Below are positions 12,782 through 25,619 of a stretch of 64,000 nucleotides of DNA, piece by piece. Source of the DNA: Basidiobolus meristosporus CBS 931.73 (taxonomy: Eukaryota > Fungi > Basidiobolomycota); contig MCFE01000012.1 of NCBI GenBank assembly GCA_002104905.1, positions 62,001-126,000 of the forward strand. Direction: 5' to 3'. Position 1 is the first letter of the stretch. Each line of letters starts with the position of its first letter. A program made the translations under genes and the position numbers. The notes beneath the pieces were generated by a model. The model saw only the letters and a program-made list of their open reading frames with translations, was not told where the DNA came from and ran no database searches.

Positions 12782-14539
12782 ATGCCTGAGGGTTATTTTG
12801 ACATTGAGCATCCGTCAGGTACAAGTGTCACTTTCAATTTTACCACAAGTGCAGACTCTGTATCCGCGGGTGAATCCCCGTTGGCATCTCCTACAATCGA
12901 GCTCTCCCCACAAGATGGTGAACGGAAGAAAGGTGCCAAATTGAGACGTAGTAAGACTCTGAGAAGGAAAAGAAGAGAAGCCAAGAAGCTAGTCAAAAAT
13001 GTCTCTGACGTACATAATTCTCAACCTGGTGGAGGTGTCCTTTCACAATTACTTAAGCTCCAGAATATGTCCCGTAGCAGGGGGCATCATCACGGACACA
13101 GGGAAAAAGAGAAGGACGATCATTTAAAACCATCTAGCCGTGTATATTCATCATCTAGTCTAGCTTCGCTAATTCAAAGTTCAACAAGCTTACTCGGAAT
13201 CCACTCTAATCGAACCAGTTTTTCAGATGATGGAACTGTCGTTACACCTCCATCTTCTCCTCTCCTCTCTCCGTTGATGCTGGAAGAACACATGAATATC
13301 ACTGCTAATATCGCTGATATTCTACTAAAGCAAGATTATCTAATCCTGCTATCCGAAGCTATGGTTATATTTGGTTCTCCCTCGCATCGCCTTGAGCAGA
13401 ACATGTACTTGAATTCCCGGGCACTTAAAATGGAAAGTTCCTTCGCTTTCTTGCCTGGCGTTGCTTTAATTACATTTGGAGACTCGACAACACACACAAG
13501 CGACACACACATCATCAAAGCGGATCGTGATTATGACATGCGCAAGCTCGAGCGTGCCTATGAAATCTCACGCAGTGTAATTCACGGTGAAGTGGACCTT
13601 GAGGATGCTTATGACAAGTTAGAGACTCTCATTGAGGAACCGTCTTTCTACCCGTGGTGGGCTCGAATCCTGAACTACGCTATATGTTCCTTCGTTGTCT
13701 GCCCATTGGCATTCAATGGGAACTGGATAGACGCTCTAGTGAGTGCTGTTATCAGCGCTTGTATAGGAGGGCTTAGTATGGTATCAACACGATTCTTCAA
13801 TTACGCGAACGTATTCGAAATCTCGGCTGCAGTTGTCACAGCTTTTGTAGCGACTGCATTCCATAGACATATATGCTATATGCCTGTAGTTATGTCGTCG
13901 GTCGTACTGCTGCTCCCAGGATTATCATTAACCACCGCTGTCATCGAACTTGCCGCCAAAAGTCTGATTTCTGGGGTAGTTCGGCTGGTTTACGCTCTAG
14001 TGATGGCTTTCATGCTAGGATTCGGTCTTAGTTTTGGCTCAAATATATGGAAAGCCATCGACTCTTCATCATTCGAATTGGAGACATGCTCTTCCGTCAA
14101 CCCATATTGGTATTTCCTCCTCTGCCCGATAAATGCGGTCACCTATTCAATATTCCTGAACGCAACCCCCAGACAATGGCCATTCATGATCCTACTGAGC
14201 GCAGTGGGCTTCTCTGTTTCATATTTTACCTCAAAAGTGTTGGATGCTACCACTTCCGCTGCAATTTCGACATTTGCTATAGCAGTTATTGGAAACGTAT
14301 ATTCAAGAATCACCCACAACCTGGGATATGTCGCAGTGCTTGGTGCCACAATCATGCTAGTACCGGGAAGCCTAGGCGTCAAAGGTGTCCTTGCTGCATT
14401 AGACGATGATTCACAACAGGGCACGGGACTTCCTTTCCAGATGATTGTAATCGCCATGAGCCTAGCAGTTGGACTGTTTATTGGCTCTTTAGTGGTATAT
14501 CCAATGGGCAAAAAGAGAACGTCCATGATGATGTTTTGA
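12782..14539 (+). CDS. PRM10: Prm10-like membrane protein (ThrE/DUF1212 threonine/serine exporter family), intronless
   Basis: 585-aa ORF with the fungal N-terminal GGGVLSQLLKL motif, the ThrE motif FGSPSHRLE...FAFLPG, VLLLPGLSLTTAVIELA and IMLVPGSLG, and about 10 TM segments. Confidence 0.85.
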   Translation: MPEGYFDIEHPSGTSVTFNFTTSADSVSAGESPLASPTIELSPQDGERKKGAKLRRSKTLRRKRREAKKLVKNVSDVHNSQPGGGVLSQLLKLQNMSRSRGHHHGHREKEKDDHLKPSSRVYSSSSLASLIQSSTSLLGIHSNRTSFSDDGTVVTPPSSPLLSPLMLEEHMNITANIADILLKQDYLILLSEAMVIFGSPSHRLEQNMYLNSRALKMESSFAFLPGVALITFGDSTTHTSDTHIIKADRDYDMRKLERAYEISRSVIHGEVDLEDAYDKLETLIEEPSFYPWWARILNYAICSFVVCPLAFNGNWIDALVSAVISACIGGLSMVSTRFFNYANVFEISAAVVTAFVATAFHRHICYMPVVMSSVVLLLPGLSLTTAVIELAAKSLISGVVRLVYALVMAFMLGFGLSFGSNIWKAIDSSSFELETCSSVNPYWYFLLCPINAVTYSIFLNATPRQWPFMILLSAVGFSVSYFTSKVLDATTSAAISTFAIAVIGNVYSRITHNLGYVAVLGATIMLVPGSLGVKGVLAALDDDSQQGTGLPFQMIVIAMSLAVGLFIGSLVVYPMGKKRTSMMMF

Positions 14540-15555
14540 GTTGCATCGATCATTGTACATCTTCAAGCCTTGCGTTCTTGGTATCATCCTTCCTGGCATA
14601 TTCTGCCGATCCCTCATAAGTACACCTGTATCATAATAGCATGAATATATCAGTACATCAGCTGTGTAGAATACGTAATTAGATTTGTACACATGATTTA
14701 ATAGATTCCCATGTGCCTGCCAACACCCAATTACAAACTCAGAACGTGCAAAGGCTCCATCTATATGTATTTATTACGCTGGCTACGACAATGAAGTGGA
14801 ATTTGCTCAAAATAAGCAGCATCTTGTCATAGGTAACTAGTAGACGGCTAGATGTATGGAGGGTGAAATGATTCAATTGACCGGCCATTCATGTCCATAT
14901 ATTATTACCCTTCCCCTCAAATGATAATCTGGATTTGCTCCATTGGCGATATGGGAATATAGCTAGTCATTATCTTCTAGTAGTTTCTAAAATCAGTTGA
15001 TAATCAAATTTGGGAATTAATTAGGGCCGCTTAAGCTTAAATATGGAGTAAATAATTATATCCTATCTTACGATAAACGGGTCACTGTTACTCCAAATCC
15101 ACCAATGGATGTTTGTTAACTCCAATGTCCTAAGCCACTGTTTGTAGTGTGACACGGCTCAAAATCTACAAACGAATGGAACACCAAATCACGGTCCAGA
15201 TGAATGATTCATAGTGAGTCGGAAAGCTGTGACAGATCTCAGTTCTAGGTTGCAAAGAATTTATCGTTTAACACTCAATACCAACTACCTTTTCAATGAC
15301 GATTTTTATTCACTGTCGTTACAATAGGTAATAGCCCAGACATCTACAAAGAATATCAACAGTAGAAGTTAGAGAAAGTAAAGGAGGGTCTGGGGAAATT
15401 AGGTTAGATTGGGTCTCGTGGAATGCTGTATTTACATTGAATGTAAAGTAGCATAATTGCGTCTAGTAATCATCTTTTACTGAATAAGGATAAAAAGGAA
15501 TGCTCTGGGAGTATAGGTGTAAGGAAAGTGATGCTTCGAGTGGAATTTCCACTCG

Positions 15556-17226
15556 TCACTGATCGTTCGTCTCTATGACCACTTGTCTGCAGTAAAGCAC
15601 ACCAAGTAATGGTAGGCCAGATACCAAGCCAAACCAAAAGAGGGTATTTCCCAACCATGGATATTTTAGTACTATTGGCCGTCTGCCCAACCAAATCAAC
15701 GGTAGCTGGAACATCTGCAAGCAAAATAGATAGAGTCGGAATCTCCTCGTGATGATAACCATGACAAGCTCATGTAGGCACGAGCTTAATAAAAACGTCA
15801 AATAGGTAGCACTCTTCTTCGATAGTTTGTATGTTTGAATCGAGTCCAGATAGACATGTCGCAATAAGAACAGATGAACTGGCCTATTCCATTTGCGTGC
15901 ATACTCGTCGAATGTTGCGCTATTCCACCAATCATCGTAGAAGGACCTGTCGGCAAACCTAATATTCCAAGATATACGAATTCAGCTTGGGGCTCTATCA
16001 TAAACCTCAACACACAACCACCGCTTACCTGCTTATCTCGGCAAATCCGTTGCAAACACACTCGAAGATTATATAAAACACGAGTAGATGTGCGATCATG
16101 AACGGGAATATCAATTGCAGAATCATATATATAACTGAGGTATTATCTACCGAATGATCTAAAACAGGTATGATCTGATGCTCTATTGTCACATACAAGA
16201 GTATGAAGGTTCCTAGGAATGCCAGGCATTTCTCAAACAGGTACCATGGACGTATTCTATATAACAAAGGTGGGTTAGATCTAGGTTTGTGTTGAGTAAC
16301 TTTCGACCAATGCACAACGGCCTACCTTTCAGTTCTTGGATAATCCAGTTCGTAAACCAGTGTAGGGAAAAGCAGGTATTCCCAGAAATTTTTGAGAGTA
16401 ACGTTTTCGGGATACTGAATATCGTCTTTGGTTAAGCTTGTACGTGCGTCCTCTATTTGATTTCTCAATTCCTGGGCAATCTCTGGGTCCTCGTCTTTAT
16501 TGCTCTGCTTGCTAGCTTTGATCAAGTTCTCCTGATCTTTCTTTAAAGATTCTAGCCGTTCGTAGAAAACAGAAAGCTCCCCGTTGTAACTAATATAGGA
16601 GTGGATCTTCATCAAGTTTGCGATGGCATGTAGTATGAAGAAAGTAGTCTGAACCCAGGGCCAATCCCTACGAATATATTGAATCGAAGTTAGATTGTGC
16701 AAAGACACATCATCAAGCAATACACTTACTTCCAAAGCGCCCAACTTATAGCCAAGGCCAAATAAGAGGTTTGGTATATGTGTTGGATTATCATTCCAGC
16801 GTATTCTCTATGAAACCATTCATAAACTATAGCCTTCTGGATTCCGTAGCTTATAAAGGTGGCGGCAATCAGAACCATATCAGAGAAAAACAGGCTTCCA
16901 AGATCTTTGGATAGTATCGAGAACAAGTAAGAGCTTGTTATATGTCCCGTAAGTTTCAAGTTCGTAGTGAACGTTTGAAGCAAAAAGAATCCCATTGCGA
17001 TCCAAAATAATGTGAAGAAACCACGAAATGGATGCCCTTCTTTTACCATGGTTGGGACATCAAAATGGGAGGGCCTCTCTCGAAATACGAAGGCATGCGA
17101 AAGATGGGCCTTCACTGAGGTATTCGACTTTTCATTTTTCCCTTCTTCTGAAGCCGGATGAATGTTGAACGGCTTGTTTGTGTCCCGAAGGATCTTCTTT
17201 TTACGTAAGTAAGGAATTTCTGTCAT
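15556..17226 (-). CDS. ARE2: Sterol O-acyltransferase (MBOAT, Are1/Are2/ACAT-like), multi-exon
   Basis: HPFRGFFTLFW, LMKIHSY, YPENVTLKNFWEYLLFPTLVYELDYPRT, FADRSFYDDWWN...KWNRPVH and catalytic His in SSCLHEL. Confidence 0.9.
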
Positions 17227-19240
17227 AAGTTTGGTGAAGTGTCGGCAAGGTTATTTTATCGGTTAAAGAGTCAGAAATGTGGGCTTCTTTACAGGTTGTA
17301 TAAGTAGTTTTTAGATTTTAAGATAGGATTGAGCCCAAAGAGGTTATCCTATAGCTTTCTTTCCTCTGGCAGCTAGGTTAAAATAGCTTACCAACTTGAT
17401 AAAGATGTAGAAGTGCTGCTTAGTGAAAGAGCAATGATATGAAGCTTTATCAAATCTCCGCAACAAAGAGAATAGTAATTCAAGATTAATCAATTAACAA
17501 GTGAAATTTAATATAACTGGGATTACAGATAAACATGAATATGATTCGGCTGTCACTGAACGGGTATCTGATTGAACAAAGCAGAAGACAAGGAATGAAC
17601 CATATAGGACAAAAACTCCTTCGTAGTGAGACATAATACGGCCGCAGAAATATTGCTTTCAATTGTAAAGTTAAATTGGGGCAATGATTACTCGTTTCCT
17701 ACAAAGCTGCTTGTACCCCTTGTTGACTTTTATCGATCACTCAGGTCTTCCACAGGCTTTTTAGAGCAATATCACACAACTCCTTGACAGATTGCAGGAG
17801 GGGAAATTTCATCGTCAAGTTTCAAATTTCCAGAGAACTTTTAAGGCTGAGTAGATTCTCAGTTAATAGTTTTCAGCTGGATTGCGGGTGCATGAAACCC
17901 CTCATTTCCGTATATATCATCTTGGAAAAATGCATGGACTCCTGATAATGGCACAATTTTATAGCCAACCATCACCTTTACATCCCCCTATACTCTGGGC
18001 CCAAGCATAACCAAGCACACGAGGCAAGCCAGAATAAATCCGGATTCCAGTAATACTATAATGATTGGATCAAGTCATGCCACCAGTATTTCTACAACTT
18101 CAGTAATCACTTGACTGTAACAGCGTAATATGACTACCTTGGAAGGATTTTGCTATTTAGCCTATTCCTCTGCTTGGTCAGTCCATCTCTATTAGTAGGA
18201 ACAATCTTGTCATAGAATCAATGACTGTTGTATAGTAACATATCTACAGTTCCATTTAATAAGAAATGATCATCAAACGCTTCCAACATCAAAATGATAG
18301 GAACCATGTACCTTGAATTCCAATTTTTGTGACTATCCTGGCCATCACCGCCAATGGCTTATTTGGCAATTATGCAGAGATGCGTTAGCCACCATTATAT
18401 ATAGAAATCGCTATCTTATGTAACATGCTTTGGAGGTGTGAGATACGGAAACGAATATATGCGGAACATTGCAAATATCGACAATTGGGGTGTATTCCAA
18501 TCGAACAAATATATACGTTATATGTTATACCTTTTGGGCAAAGCAAGTGCTATATTTGAGGTTAGACTGCTCAAGATCGATGACTCATGCATCGTTGCGG
18601 TCGGCCAATGGATGTGGAATATGTAAAACTGGATTCAGTCATAACAGAATACGATTACACAAACATACAAGACTACTGAAACTAGGAAATTAAGGAGCAG
18701 GAGCATTTCATCTAATCAAACGAAATCTCGGCTGAACCCAAATCGTTGGGTCAGTAAGAAAGTATCGATCGCAGTCCAGTCTGCAACAATTTACTAGCCA
18801 ATGACCATTCAGGCATCTGTATTAATTGTACATGATACATATCTTGTCACTACATTATCGAGATGCAATAAGGCAAACTCGATATCTTTCGTGCTGTAAC
18901 CAACCTTCGTTTAATTGGTAGCCTCACATCGTCATTTCTATTATTTTTCCTATCAATGCGAGGATTTTGGAGTAGAATATCAAGTATCAGTAGCATCTGG
19001 TTGACGTGTCACGAAAACATAATTGCTATCACAATAGAGTACAAATTTACTCGAGGGCGTAAGCAATATAAAAGATAGCACTACCCCACCAATTTCGCAC
19101 ATCTACCTGAAGAAACCACCAGTACTTACTATCTTGCACATTTCCCATCTTACCAAGCTTTATATTTCACGAAGACAATACATAAGCCCCCTTCTGAAAT
19201 TCACCTAAACCCTTGGCCGCATCTTGTCAGTTTACCATCT

Positions 19241-21673
19241 ATGAATTTCGACAATTACAACCACCCGGGCTCACAGGAGGAGGTTAAGTTTGAGAATTTC
19301 ATTGAACATGGTACCGCTTTGTTCGACACATCTACAGGAAACCCTGCTTCTGGATACATTGATTCGGATTTGCTATGCCAGACGTCGTTTTTTCAGCGGC
19401 CAATGCAAGTATCTATTCAATGTTTTTGATGACCAGCAACACCTCTTAAACACCCAACTGACTAAGATACATCTGAACTATAGTAACGGTGACGGAATCG
19501 CGTTCGACTCGCAGAGCCTGAACAACCTCAAATCTAGTTTCAACCAAACCGATCTCAATATCAACATTTCAAGCAACCCCAATAGTATGGACTTATCCAA
19601 TCCGAACGAATTTTTCAATCCTGTGAATATGAATACCTCTGGGTTGGTGGATCTGGATACCATGCCGACAATAGGTACTGTTGATAACCTAGAGAAAGGT
19701 AGGTCGCCTGTCTTCCTTTTCTGTGACAACTGTCTAACAGCTGGAAATCCAGAAAAGACATTAGGTAGCTTTCCTGGACTCTACTCCAACTCAGGTTTCG
19801 ATATGATGGGCATACTGGTATGCAACATTCTCTTGGACTAGATGATAATCGTCATTACCGAGCTAACACCAATTCTATTTCTACGTTAGTCTCGAATTTC
19901 GCATCGGTATGTATCCATGTTGCTACGTACGCTTCAGCACCCAAGTATTCCTAATAAATGCATTTCCATGAAGTCCAAATCCCCAAGTAAACCTAGGTCC
20001 CGTGGATATGAGTTGCGCGTTCCTAGTTGGTGCGTATCAAATATAATGGTATCTTGAAGACATTTGACAATAACCACCAATCTAGTGGATGCATGTAGAT
20101 TCGATTTTCCTATTGTATACGCCAGCGCTTCGTTTGAAAAGCTTTCGGGTTACAAAGGAACTGAAATCGTTGGGAAAAACTGTAGATTCCTTCAGTCTCC
20201 TGATGGCCAAGTCTCGTTAGGATCAAGGCGTAGGTACACCGACAACAATGCTGTCCACAACATCCGAAATCACGTATTGCAAGGGAAAGAATATCAGGTG
20301 TCAATTGTCAACTACAGGCGGGATGGACAACCGTTTATCAATCTAGTCACTATTGTACCAATCGCCTACGAAGGAGCCGAAATCACACACTATGTAGGAT
20401 TCCAGGTCAACCTAATAGAGCAACCCAACGATATACTTCAGAAAATGAAAGACGGCACATATATAGTCAACTATAATTTACTCAATATTCCTCCGCTTAT
20501 TTCAACTGGTTTGTTGATTTCACAGAGTTTGATATCTTCTCAAGTTGCTGATAGTATATTATGCAATTCATAGGGTTGTTTCATCGTCCATTTGATGAGT
20601 ACTATCAAACTGCTACGCTAACTGCCTCCAACGGTTCATCTATTTCCATATCGCCAGAAGTCTTTGACCTCATTGGGATCGGATCAAACTCGGATGAAGA
20701 TATTGCTGCTCGCTTATGGAATCAAATGCTTTTGGACAACTCCGAGGATCTTATCCATGTCGTATCTTTGAAAGGAATCTTCTTGTTCTGTTCGCCAAGC
20801 TGCAAAAAGATTCTCGGCTACGATCCTGAAGAGTTGATCGGCCAGAGTGTTGCCCAGGTTTGCTCCCCCAGTGATTTGGTGCCCGTAATGCGAGATATCA
20901 AAGAATCGGCATCTAGCCAAGACATCACTAGTTTATGTTATCGCATCAAGCGAAAGGACAACAGCTACATCTGGTTTGAAGCACATGGAAGGCTTCATTC
21001 TGATCAAGGCAAAGGTCGTAAATGTGTTGTTTTGGTTGGACGCCAACGACCCACATACAAATTATCCAGGGAAGCGTTAGAAGTATGCGGCGGCCTTTCC
21101 GAAGATGAATTCTGGGGGAAACTGACCTTAGATGGCACATATCTCTACGCTACCTCTGAGTGTCAAAGGTTACTAGGAATGCAGCCTGACGAGCTGGTGG
21201 GCACATCACTGTATCAACTGGTAAAATCCGACCGTACAACATCGATCACTAGTGCTTTGCAGCAAGCACGTGAAGGCACTACAGTTAAACTAAGGCACAA
21301 CATCCAAAATCGGAACGGCCAGTACCAAGAAGTTCACAGCGTCTTCTATCCCGGGGATTTCTTTTACAATACGCAAAGACCGGCGTTCATTCTGTGTCAA
21401 ACAAAAGTACTGGAAGTCGGAGATGAGGAGACTAGTTCAACTTCCACCTCACCAACCCCCCAAACCAACCAGCTTTCTAGTGGTAATGACAACGTGTTTG
21501 ACATGTTGCATGTGGATCAGAAAACCACTTGGCAATATGAATTACATCAACTCAGGCTAGCCAACAAAAAATTACGTGAAGAAATCGAAAAGATCACCAA
21601 TTCTCGAAAGAAAAAGAAGAGAAAAACAGCAAGCAGTCCATCCAGCTCAACAACATGCAATTCTAGTCTATAG
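19241..21673 (+). CDS. wc-1: White Collar-1-type blue-light photoreceptor (LOV-PAS-PAS), no C-terminal GATA zinc finger
   Basis: GLYSNSGFDMMGILSRISHRPNPQVNLGPVDMSCAFLVVDA, the LOV signature GKNCRFLQSPDG with its photoactive Cys, PAS-B (DLIHVVSLKGIFLFCSPS), PAS-C, and WQYELHQLRLANKKLREE followed by a basic NLS and a stop. Confidence 0.92.
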
Positions 21674-22193
21674 ATGAAGCTGATTGGTAACATATACATT
21701 CACCAAATAAGGCAGCAAGCGTTTAGGAAAAAGCTGAAGATTGATTTGTATATCTTGTTTATTGGATTCACCAGAGATCCGTTTTATATACGTTGACCGT
21801 TGCCCTTCAATTGACATTGGGTTAAATGCATCTCACCCGAAATGATTTTCTTTCATGGTTACTAACCACATTATGAACATGTAGTATATATAAATACATT
21901 TTGCCACCCAAAACCCGAATAATTCATTTTTTTTTGCCATGGCACAACCCATTATGAGTGGTATACCTTGTCACTTGCTACCAAGATAAACTGTTAAAAA
22001 ATTGATGCGCTCAATCAACGGCCTCTGAGCAATCAGTTTACTGGAAATTAATCAAACAAAACTGGAGGTGAGCTTAATCATTGGGTTTAAGTATTCAGGT
22101 GCATGAAGATGTGGAGATAAACATATTGGATTCTAGGATCTTTAGTATGATAAAACAGCACTTGCGTAGACATGGTATTTCAGCTAGGAAACA

Positions 22194-23247
<1,054 letters not shown>

Positions 23248-23342
23248 GCTTCTTGAAGGTGCCTTAGTTTATTGTCTTCGCGTACTTCTGAATACTTCGT
23301 AATTTCTTTTCCTAGATATGAGGATATTATTATTACTCAAGG

Positions 23343-23354
23343 ATTCACGTGAAT
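23343..23354. promoter_or_regulatory. Palindromic E-box (ATTCACGTGAAT) in a bidirectional promoter
   Basis: Perfect 12-bp palindrome within the 262-bp gap between the divergent ATGs at 23247 and 23510. Confidence 0.45.
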
Positions 23355-23509
23355 GGGTTAATTTTACTTGTCTTTTTGCTTAGATGATGTTTTAGGGATT
23401 TGATCACTCATGTAAAATACGGAGTAAATGGGACACAAGAAATCCAAAAATTTTGATGGTTATGTTTAATTCAACAAAAGAGTACGCTCATTCTGTCACA
23501 TCAGCTTCT

Positions 23510-24530
23510 ATGAGTCGTTCTACTTTTAACAAGCCTTTCTATAAATTAATCGAGCACCGGCGGCCTGTTTTAAGTTTATATAGAGCACTATTGAGAGAAT
23601 CGGGTAGGCTAGTGGAGGACCTTCACCGAAGATACTTATATTACGCTATTCGAGAAAGATTTCGTTTCAACCGCTCAAATACCTCACCAAAACAGGTGGA
23701 TTGTTATTTGGCTGAGGGGAGACTGGTATGATTCTATTCCATAGTAATTGTTAAACAATACCACCAACATTTAGAAAGTATTTAGAAAAGTTGAGAAAGG
23801 TCAATCGCGAAGAGGACTCGCAGATACTCAAAGAAATCGATGATTTAGCAAGAGGCAAGACGGGACGTTTGCGGTTGATCCTAAATATAGTGAGTAGCTT
23901 TCAGTAACTACAATTTTCCTCGGCTATATTTATTTCTAAATGCTTTGGCAGCTGAAAGATACATCTAGGGTAAAGCCAAATTTAGGGAAGTTCCTAACTC
24001 AGTTCGTAATTTCTGAAGTATATCATAGAAAGCAGCTCTCAAGTACGTTAGCGACACAAGGTCTCAAACTGCACGGAAAAAGGATCCACACCCAGCTTAC
24101 CGAGTTCCTCTAGACCCCCGTCTTTATACGCCCAAGTACCCACTCCCACAAGGCGGGCGGAAGTATGCACCCATAACCAAAAATTACCATGTTGTTACGA
24201 TGCAGTTGGGATACAAATTTCGCAGACCTAGACACAGAACTCAACCTCATTGGATTTCCATGATGCTGAAGAATAGAGTAGTTGTGGCACAAAAGCGTGT
24301 AGATCAGTGGAAACAATTGGAGGAAGATTATGAGCATATGAAGACTGAGCGCCAGTTCTTACAACGCCTAGGTCAAAACATGGAGGATTATGGTACGTAG
24401 GAAATCCATGTTTTTTAAGCTCATACTCACTGCGGCTTCAGAGTCACCCATACTTCAGGCAATCCAAGAATCAAGGAAGTACAAACAAATGCTGGATAAT
24501 GCCAGTAATAAACAAGGAGATCTTGAGTGA
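23510..24530 (+). CDS. LYR-motif (Complex1_LYR-like) protein, probably mitochondrial, multi-exon
   Basis: VLSLYRALLRE...IRERFRFNR LYR-family signature near the N-terminus. Downstream exons (RTQPHWISMMLKNRV...) end at GDLE*. Exon boundaries are partly uncertain. Confidence 0.7.
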
Positions 24531-25545
24531 GAAACGCGTATCATTGCCCTTAAGCAGTAGGATCACAGAGCAACCACTATACACCATATAGAAGCAATAA
24601 AGCAATTTGCATATCGGCCTGACTGGATTATCTAGTGTTGCCGCAGTAGCAAGATTTGGATGACCAACCCATCTGGTTAGGAGAGTAATGGTAACAAATG
24701 AAATGCAAACATGTGACAGGATAAACTCAGCATTTGTTCTACTTCTGAAGCTGTCTGCCAAAGCTGATGTACATCAAGAACTCAATGCTTTGTCAAACAG
24801 TATCACTAGTACAAATCTATGATGCATCGAGTGGTAGGAGCCCACTTTAATCAGTACTGGGGGCACAGGAATTTGGGTCCAAATAATTCTACTGCGCCTT
24901 TGGAGCGAGATTCGCTATAAATACCATGGATTTGATATGTGGTTTTGTAAGAGTAAACATTGAGTATTGAAAACATACGGCCTAGTATTGTGTGTGCTGG
25001 GGATTTTATTCTGTACCCAGACCCAGCCAAGCAGCATTCATTTTGCAGCGACAGGAAGGCTGCTCAACACGACGATGGCCTTTATGAAGGCAAGGTAAGA
25101 AATACCATGCTCCGCTGTGTCACAGCGAGGCGGATTGGATTTAGATTGACCTGACTATTTTCGACATTCCATATATGACAGTAGTACGATATTATACGAC
25201 AAACCACCCTACTGGTTTTAATTTCGTTCACATAGGATTCACATGGCGCATTCCTATACCTCACAGTAGGTAGGAGTTCCTAGATTTGTTCATTCAACTT
25301 GTATTACATTTGAATATGGGAATCTAAGTCAAATTCCGTAATATTGCCTGGGCCGGCTGGAGATTTTGGATGGGAAATTAGGCATCTGTTAAGAGCCTAC
25401 CGCAGCCATTCCATGGGTTTACTCTCTAGTAACCATAGAATCCAATAGCCAATCGTGCTACAAAATGGTTTGTTGAAAGAGACTGCTGCTCATTCTAACC
25501 TCGGCAATTGGGTTTGATATTATAGTACCACACTCTGCCAATGAA

Positions 25546-25551
25546 TATAAA
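25546..25551 (+). promoter_or_regulatory. Putative TATA box, with adjacent CCAAT, for PARP
   Basis: GCCAATGAATATAAA about 70 bp upstream of ATG 25620. Confidence 0.35.
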
Positions 25552-25619
25552 TTGAGTAGACCTTGGGCCATTCGTTCATTGATCTTCAATTTGTTTTCTA
25601 AGCTGCTCCGAGATATTCA

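Noticed and set aside
21899-21908. Rpn4/PACE-like GGTGGCAAA motif (minus strand)
   Set aside because: It lies between two convergent 3' ends, far from the proteasome gene promoter (which is outside the window).
24926-25110. Possible tiny spliced gene (ATG...GTAAGA...CAG/exon/GTAAGA)
   Set aside because: The coding pieces are very short, the TATA-like word is immediately adjacent to the ATG, and there is no recognisable product.
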